Assembly (NCBI GenBank): GCA_039714655.1
Contig: JBDLIX010000005.1
Location: forward strand, 16,509 to 80,508
Direction of reading: 5' to 3'
DNA: 64,000 bases
DNA from: Bacteroidota bacterium
GTDB lineage: Bacteria > Bacteroidota > Bacteroidia > Bacteroidales > GCA-2748055
The notes below the pieces were generated by a model. It saw nothing but the letters and a program-made list of their open reading frames with translations, had not been told where the DNA came from and ran no database searches. Numbering within the stretch: the stretch's first letter is position 1; each line of letters opens with the position of its first letter. Positions 1 to 9,494 of this stretch are shown piece after piece. A program made the translations under genes and the position numbers.

Positions 1-1073
1 GATCCATAGACGATTTTGTAATCGCTGAACCTTATGTAAGCGAAAAATACCCTGAAGGAGTTCACAACCAGGAAGGGGATTCGAAGAAGTTGATCGAAGG
101 ATTAAATGAGACCCTTAAGGCAGAGTTCAGGCACAATCCCGACACCTTTATCTGGGGACAGGATGTGGCCAGCAAGGAGAAGGGTGGGATCTTCAATGTG
201 ACCAAAGGAATGCAGCAGGAATTTGGAAAGGAGAGGGTTTTCAATGCACCGATCGCTGAAGACTTTATCATGGGCACAGCAAACGGTATGAGTCGTTTTA
301 ATGACAAATTGCGCATCGTGGTCGAAGGAGCTGAATTTGCAGATTACTTCTGGCCTGCCATGGAGCAGTTTGTGGAAACATCGCATGAATACTGGCGTAC
401 CAAGGGACAGTTTTCACCCAATATTACCGTCCGTCTGGCATCGGGAGGATACATCGGGGGAGGACTCTACCACTCGCAAACCATCGAAGGATCATTAACA
501 GCACTGCCTGGCATCAGGGTGGTCTACCCCAGTTATGCCGATGATGCTGCCGGCCTGCTCAGGACCAGTATAAGGTCAAGGGGTGTGACCCTGTTCCTTG
601 AGCCCAAAGCACTCTATAATGCCACTAAGACAGCCACCCCCATCCCCGACGATTTTGAAGTGCCCTTCGGTAAAGCAAGACTCAGAAGAGCAGGAGTTGA
701 TTTAAGCATCATCACTTATGGAAATACCACTCCCATGTGTGTGGAATTGGCTGATCAACTGAGCAAGGAAGGAAAAGCCAGCATTGAGGTACTTGATCTA
801 AGGTCCCTTAGTCCGCTGGACACCCAAGCCATTGTTACCACCGTAAAGAAAACAGGTAAAGTCCTTATGGTTCATGAGGATAAGGCATTTGGAGGTTTTG
901 GTGGAGAGGTGGCAGCCCAGATCAATGAGCTGGCATTTGAACATCTCGACGGACCGGTAAAACGCGTAGGTTCTACGTTCACACCGGTAGGATTCAACAG
1001 GATCCTGGAAGCAGCCATCCTGCCAGATATTAAACGGATCGAGAAGGCAGCCATTGAGCTGTTGAATTATTAA
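1..1073 (+). CDS. 2-oxoacid (pyruvate/branched-chain type) dehydrogenase E1 component, beta/transketolase-like part; 5' end lies outside the window
   Basis: Frame 3 is open from nt 3 into the listed ORF 90..1073, so the gene is cut by the window edge. The translation shows E1-beta style segments (FNAPIAEDFIMGTANGMS, LEPKALY, VLDLRSLSPLD, HEDKAFGGFG). Confidence 0.8.
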   Translation, partial: SIDDFVIAEPYVSEKYPEGVHNQEGDSKKLIEGLNETLKAEFRHNPDTFIWGQDVASKEKGGIFNVTKGMQQEFGKERVFNAPIAEDFIMGTANGMSRFNDKLRIVVEGAEFADYFWPAMEQFVETSHEYWRTKGQFSPNITVRLASGGYIGGGLYHSQTIEGSLTALPGIRVVYPSYADDAAGLLRTSIRSRGVTLFLEPKALYNATKTATPIPDDFEVPFGKARLRRAGVDLSIITYGNTTPMCVELADQLSKEGKASIEVLDLRSLSPLDTQAIVTTVKKTGKVLMVHEDKAFGGFGGEVAAQINELAFEHLDGPVKRVGSTFTPVGFNRILEAAILPDIKRIEKAAIELLNY

Positions 1074-1090
1074 GACCTAACTGGAAGAGA

Positions 1091-1597
1091 ATGAATAAAA
1101 CCGCAATCATCTATAGTTTTAATGCAAAGAAAACCGGGAAAATAGCTGAAATGCTCAAAGAGGCATTCAAGGATGATCAGGTCAGGCTCGTCAATGCTGA
1201 AGAGCTCACCGGGAAGCTGTTCACCTCCTATAGCCAGATAATCATGGGTGTACCCACCTGGTTTGACGGTGAGCTTCCCAATTACTGGGATGAATTTATT
1301 CCTGATCTGGAAGATATTGATCTACAGGGAAAGAAGATAGCTTTGTATGGTTTGGGCGATCAGAAAGGATATCCTGAAAACTTCCTGGATGGCATGGGAA
1401 TCATGGCCGGAATCCTGGAAGAGCAAGGTGCCACACTTGTGGGATTCACCAGCACTGAAGGGTATCAATTCGAAAGCTCGAGGGCATTGCGGGGTGAGCA
1501 GTTTTCCGGATTGGCGATTGACTTTGAAAACCAGGCATCAATGAACAAAAAGAGGGTGGCAAACTGGGTGGAACAGCTTAAGAGGGAATTCGCCTGA
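1091..1597 (+). CDS. fldA: long-chain flavodoxin
   Basis: 168 aa with a flavodoxin-like layout: an N-terminal beta-strand plus loop (AIIYSFNAKKTGKIAE), GVPTWFDGELP, and LYGLGDQKGYPENF typical of FMN-binding loops. Confidence 0.8.
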   Translation: MNKTAIIYSFNAKKTGKIAEMLKEAFKDDQVRLVNAEELTGKLFTSYSQIIMGVPTWFDGELPNYWDEFIPDLEDIDLQGKKIALYGLGDQKGYPENFLDGMGIMAGILEEQGATLVGFTSTEGYQFESSRALRGEQFSGLAIDFENQASMNKKRVANWVEQLKREFA

Positions 1598-1760
1598 TCC
1601 TTCCTTATAGTTCATGAGACACTGCCTTATTGGAGATAATTTCTTCCAATTCTTCGATTTGATCTCTTTTATGAGAATTTATTATATGTTGAATAGCACA
1701 ATCTTCATATAATATTACTTCTTTTGTTATTGAAATTCTTCTTATTGAAAAACCTCAGAC

Positions 1761-3260
1761 ATGGCCAAAGATAGAGTATACATATTTGACACTACCCTCA
1801 GGGATGGGGAGCAGGTCCCCGGCTGCCAACTGAATACCATTGAAAAGATTGAAGTTGCACGCGCACTGGAGGAGCTGGGAGTGGACGTGATTGAAGCCGG
1901 ATTCCCCATTTCCAGTCCGGGTGATTTTAATTCAGTGGTAGAGATCAGTAAAGCTGTCACCGAACCAGTAATATGCGGTCTTACCCGGGCAGTCAGGAAA
2001 GACATTGAGGTGGCTGCCGAATCACTTAAGTTTGCCAAACGTTCTCGTATTCATACAGGTATAGGTACATCTTATTACCACATCCACCACAAGCTTAATA
2101 GCAATCCGGATGAAATTGTCGAGCGGGCAGTGGAAGCGGTAAAATATGCCAAGTCGTTTGTTGAAGATGTGGAGTTTTATGCTGAAGATGCAGGTCGTTC
2201 GGATAATAAATACCTTGCCAGGGTGGTAGAAGCTGTAATCAAAGCGGGTGCGACTGTGATCAATATTCCTGACACCACTGGTTATAACCTGCCCGATGAG
2301 TATGGCAAGAAGATCAAATACCTTGTGGATCATGTGCCTAATATGGATAAAGCCATCCTCTCGACCCATTGTCACAATGACCTGGGTATGGCCACAGCCA
2401 ATACCATGAGTGGGGTGATCAACGGGGCCCGACAGGTGGAGGTGACCGTGAATGGTATTGGTGAGCGAGCAGGCAACACTTCATTGGAAGAGATTGCCAT
2501 GATCCTGAAAAGCAGGAAACACCTAAACCTTATATCCAATATTAATCCGAAGAAAATCTACCGCACCAGTCGACTCGTTTCCACACTGATGCGCATGCCC
2601 GTTCAAGCCAATAAAGCGATCGTTGGAAGGAATGCCTTTGCCCATTCATCCGGCATTCACCAGGATGGAGTACTGAAACGGCGGGAGAACTATGAGATTA
2701 TCAATCCCAAGACAGTGGGGATCAATGAGTCTTCCATACTCCTCACAGCCAGAAGTGGGAGGGCAGCGTTGAAACACAGGCTTGAGAAACTGGGATATTC
2801 TTTCAGCAAATCTGCGCTGGATTCCATCTATGAAGAGTTTGTTAAACTGGCCGACTCTAAGAAGGAAATCGTTGATGAAGACCTGAAGGTTCTGGCTGGT
2901 GCAAGTGCCCGGGACATAAAAAGAAATCTTCACCTCAATAAATTGCAGGTAGTGTGTGGAAAGGGTACTACTCCGGTGGCCACGGTAAAATTGGAATGGA
3001 ATGGAGAATGCCATATTGTTACTGCTGAAGGGAACGGTCCGGTCGATGCAGCCATCAATGCAGTAAAAGAGATCCTGAAGAAAAAAGTGAGGATACAAGA
3101 ATTTCTTATTCAGGCCATCACACGAGGAAGTGACGATATGGGTAAGGTGCATATGCAGGTAGAACATAAAAATGTGGTCTACTATGGTTTCTCTGCATCC
3201 ACTGATATCATAACAGCCTCAGTGGAAGCCTTTATAGATGCCATGAGCCAAATTGTTTAG
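1761..3260 (+). CDS. leuA: 2-isopropylmalate synthase
   Basis: N-terminal [24 protein letters not shown] and [10 protein letters not shown] motifs of the HMGL-like/LeuA family, plus a C-terminal LeuA-dimer-like region. 499 aa. Confidence 0.9.
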   Translation: MAKDRVYIFDTTLRDGEQVPGCQLNTIEKIEVARALEELGVDVIEAGFPISSPGDFNSVVEISKAVTEPVICGLTRAVRKDIEVAAESLKFAKRSRIHTGIGTSYYHIHHKLNSNPDEIVERAVEAVKYAKSFVEDVEFYAEDAGRSDNKYLARVVEAVIKAGATVINIPDTTGYNLPDEYGKKIKYLVDHVPNMDKAILSTHCHNDLGMATANTMSGVINGARQVEVTVNGIGERAGNTSLEEIAMILKSRKHLNLISNINPKKIYRTSRLVSTLMRMPVQANKAIVGRNAFAHSSGIHQDGVLKRRENYEIINPKTVGINESSILLTARSGRAALKHRLEKLGYSFSKSALDSIYEEFVKLADSKKEIVDEDLKVLAGASARDIKRNLHLNKLQVVCGKGTTPVATVKLEWNGECHIVTAEGNGPVDAAINAVKEILKKKVRIQEFLIQAITRGSDDMGKVHMQVEHKNVVYYGFSASTDIITASVEAFIDAMSQIV

Positions 3261-3298
3261 CAGTGTAATTGCACGTTAAGTTATTATTCATTTTGTTT

Positions 3299-3337
3299 CA
3301 AATATCAGATCAATGCAACTTATTGGTCTGATATTTG
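3299..3337 (+). terminator. possible leuA terminator hairpin (no strong U-tract)
   Basis: Perfect 11-bp inverted repeat, CAAATATCAGA (3299..3309) and TCTGATATTTG (3327..3337), 39 nt after the leuA stop. The downstream T-run is weak. Confidence 0.3.
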
Positions 3338-3370
3338 TCATTTATAGCGACTTCAATTGATACATTCTGA

Positions 3371-5707
3371 ATGTTGAAATCGCGATATATTGTTCTGCTT
3401 ATCGGTATTTGTATTTCCTGCACTGCAATGGAAAGTCATGGCAAGGTCACTGTCAGTGGTTATGTACGTGATGCTGCAACCGGAGAGGAGATGATCGGTG
3501 CCAATGTGACCATCCTGGAAATCGGAGCAGGAACCATCACCAACCCATATGGGTATTATTCTCTCTCCCTGGAACCGGGTTTTTACACCCTGAAATATTC
3601 ATTCATTGGTTATCTGCCCGAGACCAGATCTATAAGGCTGGATTCGGATCTGGTGTTAAATATCGAGCTTGACGAATCCAGGCAGGAGCTAGAAGAGGTA
3701 ACCATCATTGCTGAAGCCGGAAATGCCAACATCACCCGTCTGGAAACGGGTTCCACCCGGTTGCCCATTCAATCCATTCGGAAAATCCCCGCTTTGCTGG
3801 GTGAAGTGGACATCATCAAGGCCATACAATTGCTTCCCGGTGTTCAGGTAACCAGTGAGGGTTCTTCGGGATTCAGCGTCAGGGGTGGGAGTCCTGACCA
3901 GAATCTGATCCTGCTGGACGAGGCTACAGTATATAATGCATCTCATTTAATGGGATTCTTTTCTGTATTCAATAACGATGCCATCAAGGATGTAAAACTC
4001 TACAAAGGAGATATTCCGGCCAGTTCTGGTGGTCGACTGGCCTCACTGCTTGATATTCGCATGAAGGATGGAAACAACAAACAACTGAGTGCCACAGGTG
4101 GGATCGGAACCATATCCAGCCGACTTACGTTGGAAGGTCCCGTCTTTACAGAAAAAGTCTCCTTCCTCCTGTCGGCAAGACGAACCTATGCTGATATATT
4201 TCTGCTTCTGGCCAAGGACACGGCTTTGCGGGACAATTCTCTTTTCTTTTATGACCTGAATGGAAAGTTGAATTATACCATCAATGATAATAACAAGATT
4301 TTTCTCTCAGGATATTTTGGCAAGGATATTTTCGCCAATGACTTTGCCGGAATGTATTTCGGTAACCGCACCTTTACGTTGAGGTGGAACCATCTGTTCA
4401 GCAAGAAGCTTTTCAGTAATTTCACATTGATCAACTCTCATTATTTCTATGACCTGGGAACGCCTGATGGTGAAATTCCATTTTTTAACTGGCTCTCTTT
4501 TCTTGATGATTACGGGATCAAAGGTGACTTCATCTGGTATCTCACTCCTGAACATACCTTCCGGTATGGGCTGTCCGGTTATTATCACGTGATAAACCCT
4601 GGTTCAATCAAAGTCCAGGACACAGAAGGGAACGATATTGAATCGGAGCTTTCAAGCAATTTCGCCCTTGAGAATGGACTCTATTTTTCAGGTGAATCAA
4701 AATTTGGAGAGAGGTTCTCCATGAGATATGGGCTAAGGTACTCCACATTTCATAACATTGGAGAAGCCACACTCTTCACCTACAATGACCAATACGAAGT
4801 CATTGACTCAACCCTCTATGAAAAGGGAGAAATCTATAACTTGTATCATGGCCTGGAACCACGGTTTGCGGCCAATTACCTGTTGAATGAAAGAAATTCC
4901 CTCAAGGCCAGTTATTCACGCACCCGCCAATATCTACAAATGGCCAGCAATTCAACTGCCGGAACCCCTCTGGATATCTGGTTTCCAGCTTCTCCAAACA
5001 TTAAACCCCAGATTTCGGACCAGTTGGCTTTTGGTTATTTTCGCAATTTCCTGGACAATAAGATCGAATCCTCTCTGGAGTTCTATTACAAGAAAATGAC
5101 CAATTCAATTGATTTCAGGGACCATGCCCAGTTATTGCTCAATCCAAGGCTGGAGGGAGAACTCAGAATAGGAGAGGCGACCTCGTATGGGGCTGAGCTC
5201 TATGTGAAATACGAAACATCTAAATTTTCCGGATGGTTAAGTTATACCTATTCAAGAACCATGCGGGATATTCCAGAGATTAATGATGGGAAACCCTATC
5301 CTGCGCCCTATGAAAAACCCCATGACCTTGCATTGGTATTTAGCTATAACCTCACCAAAAGGATTATTATAGGCGCCAACTGGATTTACAGTACGGGAAT
5401 TCCTTTTACACTGCCATCAGGCAGATACGAGGTGCTTGGAAACATATTGCCACTCTACACCGGAAGGAACGAATTCAGGCTCCCTGACTATCACAGGTTG
5501 GATCTCTCCATTACCATCGAGGGGAAAAAGAAACCAGGAAGAAGATGGCAGGGAGAATGGAATTTTTCGGTGTATAACGCCTATGCCCGCAAGAATGCAT
5601 GGACCCTCAATTTTATACAGGACAGCGAAAATCCTGACCTGACCTATGCCGAAATGACCTATCTTTTCTCAATCGTACCAGCCATCACCTATAATTTTAA
5701 ATTTTGA
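3371..5707 (+). CDS. TonB-dependent receptor with N-terminal carboxypeptidase-regulatory-like domain
   Basis: Signal peptide. VSGYVRDAATGEEMIGANV..GYYSL (CarboxypepD_reg-like), a plug region (DIIKAIQLLPGV, GGSPDQNLILLDEATVYN), a long beta-barrel part and an aromatic C-terminal residue (..ITYNFKF). Confidence 0.85.
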   Translation: MLKSRYIVLLIGICISCTAMESHGKVTVSGYVRDAATGEEMIGANVTILEIGAGTITNPYGYYSLSLEPGFYTLKYSFIGYLPETRSIRLDSDLVLNIELDESRQELEEVTIIAEAGNANITRLETGSTRLPIQSIRKIPALLGEVDIIKAIQLLPGVQVTSEGSSGFSVRGGSPDQNLILLDEATVYNASHLMGFFSVFNNDAIKDVKLYKGDIPASSGGRLASLLDIRMKDGNNKQLSATGGIGTISSRLTLEGPVFTEKVSFLLSARRTYADIFLLLAKDTALRDNSLFFYDLNGKLNYTINDNNKIFLSGYFGKDIFANDFAGMYFGNRTFTLRWNHLFSKKLFSNFTLINSHYFYDLGTPDGEIPFFNWLSFLDDYGIKGDFIWYLTPEHTFRYGLSGYYHVINPGSIKVQDTEGNDIESELSSNFALENGLYFSGESKFGERFSMRYGLRYSTFHNIGEATLFTYNDQYEVIDSTLYEKGEIYNLYHGLEPRFAANYLLNERNSLKASYSRTRQYLQMASNSTAGTPLDIWFPASPNIKPQISDQLAFGYFRNFLDNKIESSLEFYYKKMTNSIDFRDHAQLLLNPRLEGELRIGEATSYGAELYVKYETSKFSGWLSYTYSRTMRDIPEINDGKPYPAPYEKPHDLALVFSYNLTKRIIIGANWIYSTGIPFTLPSGRYEVLGNILPLYTGRNEFRLPDYHRLDLSITIEGKKKPGRRWQGEWNFSVYNAYARKNAWTLNFIQDSENPDLTYAEMTYLFSIVPAITYNFKF

Positions 5708-6570
5708 TGAAGCGAATGATCAAACATAGTTGGAGTTGGCTCATGCTGGTGGCAGGAGTGGGGCTGGGAGCCTGTACGGAGGTGATAGAGATAGAACTCG
5801 ATTCTACTTATCATCGCCTGATTGTGTATGGTGCCATTACAACGGACTCGGTCCATCACCAGGTCCAGCTCTCCACATCCAGTGATTATTTTTCAAACGT
5901 GCCCTCAACCGGGGTATCTGATGCCCGGGTTGAACTTGAATTCAATGAAAATTTGATCACGCTTGAAGAGCATGATACCATTCCTGGTTTATACCTTACT
6001 CCACAGGCTTTTCGAGGGATCCCACATACCAAATACCAGCTTCACATCAACCAGGTGGATGTTGATGGGGACGGAACCGATGAAACATACCATGCAGAGA
6101 GCACCATGCCTTCCTTACCCCAACTCGACTCCATACGTCTGTTCTATTTTCATTCACCCTTTGTATCTGGATATCAGGTATTAATGTATGCCTATGATCC
6201 TCCTTCCAGAGATTGGTATAACTTTAAATTCTGGAGAAATCAAGATCTTCTTACCAAAAGATTATCTGACTATTTGATACAGTCGGATGATTTCTTCAAT
6301 GGAACTTATATCTATGGTTTGCCTGTTGGATTACTTGCTGATGACGATCCTGAAGAGGCTGTACTGCCTGGTGATACAATCACCTTTGAATTGAACAGTA
6401 TTGAGCAAATGTATTACAATTTTATTATCGATGCTCAACTTGAAATTGAAGGCAACAACCCACTCTTCTCAGGCCCCGCAGCCAATGTCAGATCCAATAT
6501 AGATCATGATGCAAGAGGGGTCTTTACGGCCTACTCGGTTGACCGGGTATCATTGATCGTAACAGAATAA
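5707..6570 (+). CDS. DUF4249-like lipoprotein, partner of the preceding TonB-dependent receptor
   Basis: The ATG overlaps the receptor stop (TGATG). Lipobox-like VGLGAC. The size and position immediately downstream of a CarboxypepD_reg-type receptor fit the DUF4249 family as I recall it. Confidence 0.6.
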   Translation: MKRMIKHSWSWLMLVAGVGLGACTEVIEIELDSTYHRLIVYGAITTDSVHHQVQLSTSSDYFSNVPSTGVSDARVELEFNENLITLEEHDTIPGLYLTPQAFRGIPHTKYQLHINQVDVDGDGTDETYHAESTMPSLPQLDSIRLFYFHSPFVSGYQVLMYAYDPPSRDWYNFKFWRNQDLLTKRLSDYLIQSDDFFNGTYIYGLPVGLLADDDPEEAVLPGDTITFELNSIEQMYYNFIIDAQLEIEGNNPLFSGPAANVRSNIDHDARGVFTAYSVDRVSLIVTE

Positions 6571-6602
6571 AAACTACAGAGGCTGTCTTGGCGGTAAATC
6601 AG

Positions 6603-6638
6603 GAAAGAAAAAGAGACTGTCCCTTTTGAGACAGTCTC
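6603..6638 (-). terminator. rho-independent terminator of the repeat-protein gene
   Basis: 9-bp perfect stem, GAGACTGTC (6613..6621) and GACAGTCTC (6630..6638). On the minus strand it is followed by CTTTTTCTTTCC, 27 nt after the stop at 6665. Confidence 0.65.
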
Positions 6639-6664
6639 CTTGACTTCTGTGGAATATCTGCTGG

Positions 6665-7669
6665 TTAGTAAATTCCAACCTGACGTTTGTTCTTCACAAT
6701 TATTTCCGGGCTACCATCAAAGGTGGTAATCAATCCTGTTACGGTAAGGTGCTCTCCCAGGAAGTAACGTTCCGGCCTCCAACTGAATCTGCGGGCAACA
6801 TTTCCAGGCAGAACAACTGTAAATTGCTGGTATGGGTAATCTCCGCCGAAGAAGAGCAGAAAATCATCCGTTTCCCTGTTGTGCCAGGTTGCATAAACCC
6901 TTCCGTATACCATGGCTACTTCTCCCAGGTTGTATTTGGCATCGAATACAGAGATGGATTGAATCCGGTACCCGTAATTGTATCTCCAATGGTATTCGGG
7001 ATACCACCTGCGATAATCTCTGTACATGCTCCTGGACCAATAGATATTGCCATAAGTGGGATAGTAGAGTACATGATAATTGTGTACGTAAGTATCATGG
7101 TGATAATGAATTTTCACTTTCCTTGTGGGGTATGCATTATGGTAATGGCGCCCCCCGTAATAACGCTCTCTGGAATATTTGTTAACCCGGCTATGACCAG
7201 TCCGGTTATGGCTTACATGCACCTTAGAATTGGCCTTTCGGTATGAGTTGCGTGGATTATTAGGAGTACTAATACTAACAGGTTTCCGACTCTGATGTGT
7301 GGTTCTCTGACGTTGTACCTTCTGCTTTTGAACCTGACGAGCGGGCTGCGTAGTTCTCTGACGCTGTACCTGCTGCTTTTGAACCTGACGAGCGGGCTGT
7401 GTGGTTCTCTGACGTTGTACCTGCTGCTTTTGAGCCTGACGTGCGGGCTGTGTGGTTCTCTGACGCTGTACCTGCTGCTTTTGAGCCTGACGTGCGGGCT
7501 GTGTGGTACGGGCTTTCTGAGGTGTGGATTTTTTTGTATAACTCCTTGTCGCGGGTGTCTTCTCTTTTTTATCCTGAGGAGTACTGCGACGATTCGATTG
7601 TGCCTGAATGGTAAAAGTACCGAAAATCAGAGCAATCAGAATTGCGATGGTATATTGTCTAGTTTTCAT
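6665..7669 (-). CDS. secreted basic repeat protein: Q/R/K-rich 17-aa tandem repeats, Tyr/His/Arg-rich middle, globular C-terminal domain (possibly OB-fold-like)
   Basis: Signal peptide MKTRQYTIAILIALIFGTFTIQAQ (start moved to the ATG at 7669). Four and a bit copies of RTTQPARQ(A/V)QKQ(Q/K)VQRQ. A HYHNAY..HYHHDTYVHNYHVLYY segment. The C-terminal about 95 aa alternate hydrophobic strands. No family recognised. Confidence 0.7.
   Translation of the reverse strand: MKTRQYTIAILIALIFGTFTIQAQSNRRSTPQDKKEKTPATRSYTKKSTPQKARTTQPARQAQKQQVQRQRTTQPARQAQKQQVQRQRTTQPARQVQKQQVQRQRTTQPARQVQKQKVQRQRTTHQSRKPVSISTPNNPRNSYRKANSKVHVSHNRTGHSRVNKYSRERYYGGRHYHNAYPTRKVKIHYHHDTYVHNYHVLYYPTYGNIYWSRSMYRDYRRWYPEYHWRYNYGYRIQSISVFDAKYNLGEVAMVYGRVYATWHNRETDDFLLFFGGDYPYQQFTVVLPGNVARRFSWRPERYFLGEHLTVTGLITTFDGSPEIIVKNKRQVGIY
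7299..7515. repeat. 51-bp tandem repeat, 4 full units plus a partial, in frame inside the CDS 6665..7669
   Basis: Units at 7299..7349, 7350..7400, 7401..7451 and 7452..7502 differ by only a few substitutions. The unit is GTGGTTCTCTGACG(T/C)TGTACCTGCTGCTTTTGA(A/G)CCTGACG(A/T)GCGGGCTGT. Confidence 0.95.
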
Positions 7670-7800
7670 GACTTCTCGGTTTTTATTGTTTAACATCTTT
7701 GGTTATTGAAATTCAAATTCAATGCCAAAAACCGGAAGTGTATGATTTACGTCAAGCAATTTATCGAGTCAATAATCAGTATACCAGCGCGTTAAATATA

Positions 7801-7833
7801 AAAAGAAAATCCCGGCTCCACAAAGAGCCGGGA
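7801..7833 (-). terminator. rho-independent terminator of the blaI-blaR1-like operon
   Basis: Stem TCCCGGCTC (7810..7818) and GAGCCGGGA (7825..7833). On the minus strand it is followed by TTTTCTTTTT. Lies downstream of the BlaR1-like stop at 7965. Confidence 0.65.
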
Positions 7834-7964
7834 TCATCAGATACAGATTCAGTTTTAGGGTTAGTGACTATCTGGTTGTAGTCTGTACCAATACTAACAA
7901 GAGCAAATATAGAGGTTATATTCTAAATGCCAAATTTTCCCACATATTCTCGATTTCTTAGCAC

Positions 7965-9494
7965 TCACCTCTGCTCTAAAGGTTGTATATCATTACTTAC
8001 ATCCTCAATCTCCTGCTTGAGCTGCTCCCAATCAATCTCCTCCAACTCTTTCAAGGCTTGTTCCATCTCCTTTTTAATCTCCTCCCAGTCAATCTCTTCC
8101 AATACCTCCAGTTTGGCATCCTCCATCTCCTTTTTAATCTCCTCCCAGTCAATCTCTTCCAATACCTCCAGTTTGGCATCCTCCATCTCCTTTTTAATCT
8201 CCTCCCAATCAATCTCTTCCAATACCTCCAGTTTGGCATTCTCCATCTCCTTTTTAATCTCCTCCCAATCAATCTCTTCCAACTCCTTCAAGGCTTGTTC
8301 CATCTCACTTAACACTTCAGGATCATCAATCTTTTCTGGTTGGTTTGACTCCGGACCTGGAATGGTATCAGGAACCACCGGTTGAATCCCGCGAGGAGAG
8401 TCAATAGGATGTGGCTCCGGTAAGGGTGTTACAAAGGAGGCAGCCGGCACCTCTCTGGAATCATGATTCTTTACAATGGAAAATCCCGAACTGAATCCGG
8501 ATACGGTGAGCAGAATGATCATTCCTCCTGCCATAATCAGAAGGGATACAAACTTCTCGCGAATATTTGTTTTCATGTTTGATTGATTTAAGATTCTTTT
8601 TATTCTATTGAGCAATTGATATTGCTCTGTTCCCAGTGCACCTGGTACCAGTGTATTAAACAATGGATGATGCTCAGCTAGTTTTAATAGCGCCCGGGCG
8701 TATGCAAGTGGATCTCCACATGACAGAACAACGCGATCATCGCAGCAATTTTCTCTCTCTGTGCGGATCATTTGAGAAATGATTCGCACAGCAGGATTAT
8801 AAAAGAAAAGAGCTTCCACAACCAGCTGTATCAGATTCACCAGGAAATCAAGCCGCCTCAGATGGTACAGTTCATGCATGAGTATGGTTTCTACCTGGTC
8901 TGGCGAAAGATGGGTAAACATTCCTGCAGGTACCAGGATTGCAGGCTTAAGCAATCCAATCACTGAAGGCACTTCTATCCTGTCAGATTCCAAAAGGGAT
9001 ACTTTTCTATGAGGCAATATGCTGAACTTAATCTGAATGAAGCGATCATACCATTCACCACGAATTGGGAGCCCGCTTCTTTTCAATCCACGGATCTGCC
9101 TGAGGGAGATGATTGAACGGATCAGCATGATAAGGACCCCGGCAGAATAGATATAGCTGCAAAGGGTAGATATTATTTCTACAGGAGATCTGCCAATGTT
9201 ATTGCTTAAATCTTGAATGACAGGGATCAGGTGAGTTAGTTTCTGTGTAACATGAATTGCATTTGTTTGAGACTTCAAGGGATCAAACAAATGCAGGAAA
9301 AGAGTGACCACAGCGCCTAGGAATATAAGAAGAGAAACCGTGGCAATGCGGTATCTTATATTCGAATATTTACCTGGTATGAGCTGAAGGATTATTTTCA
9401 GGATTGAAAGGAGCAAAAGGCCAATCCATAAACTATGTACCAGGGTTTTACCCAGTGTTACGACCCAGTTACCCGATGCTTCAAAGAATTCCAT
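7965..9494 (-). CDS. BlaR1/M56-family membrane metalloprotease signal transducer with atypical acidic repeat C-terminal tail
   Basis: Multiple N-terminal TM helices. Zinc motif HELYH in ILMHELYHLRRLDF. A late TM (LLIMAGGMIILLTVSGF), then a Pro-rich linker and repeated EEIDWEEIKKEME(D/N)AKLEVL units. The start overlaps the blaI-like stop by 14 nt. Confidence 0.8.
   Translation of the reverse strand: MEFFEASGNWVVTLGKTLVHSLWIGLLLLSILKIILQLIPGKYSNIRYRIATVSLLIFLGAVVTLFLHLFDPLKSQTNAIHVTQKLTHLIPVIQDLSNNIGRSPVEIISTLCSYIYSAGVLIMLIRSIISLRQIRGLKRSGLPIRGEWYDRFIQIKFSILPHRKVSLLESDRIEVPSVIGLLKPAILVPAGMFTHLSPDQVETILMHELYHLRRLDFLVNLIQLVVEALFFYNPAVRIISQMIRTERENCCDDRVVLSCGDPLAYARALLKLAEHHPLFNTLVPGALGTEQYQLLNRIKRILNQSNMKTNIREKFVSLLIMAGGMIILLTVSGFSSGFSIVKNHDSREVPAASFVTPLPEPHPIDSPRGIQPVVPDTIPGPESNQPEKIDDPEVLSEMEQALKELEEIDWEEIKKEMENAKLEVLEEIDWEEIKKEMEDAKLEVLEEIDWEEIKKEMEDAKLEVLEEIDWEEIKKEMEQALKELEEIDWEQLKQEIEDVSNDIQPLEQR
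8020..8310. repeat. 60-bp tandem repeat (about 4-5 units, three nearly identical), in frame in the BlaR1-like C-terminal tail
   Basis: Period of exactly 60 nt. Blocks 8061..8120, 8121..8180, 8181..8240 and 8241..8300 differ at only a few positions, and diverged flanking copies sit on both sides. Confidence 0.95.

Noticed and set aside
1614-1712. Looked for a Leu-rich leader peptide or attenuator upstream of leuA, by analogy with the trpB2 leader.
   Set aside because: The only mini-ORF (MRHCLIGDNFFQFFDLISFMRIYYMLNSTIFI) is not enriched in Leu codons. No convincing terminator or antiterminator pair follows it.
7299-8310. Considered whether the 51-bp and 60-bp periodic repeats could be CRISPR arrays or satellite DNA.
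   Set aside because: The units are directly adjacent with no unique spacers. Their lengths are multiples of 3, and they lie in frame inside long CDSs with sensible flanking protein sequence. No cas genes are present in the window.
7295-8385. Several long ORFs on the strand opposite the repeat-containing genes, and in alternative frames of the coding strand (7295..7693 +, 7399..7614 +, 7927..8385 +, 7983..8312 +, 8051..8272 -).
   Set aside because: They exist only because the 51-bp and 60-bp tandem repeats keep several frames open. Their translations are low-complexity repeats (LTLYLLLL.., SQSISSNTSSLASSISFLIS..) and they fully overlap much better-supported minus-strand genes.
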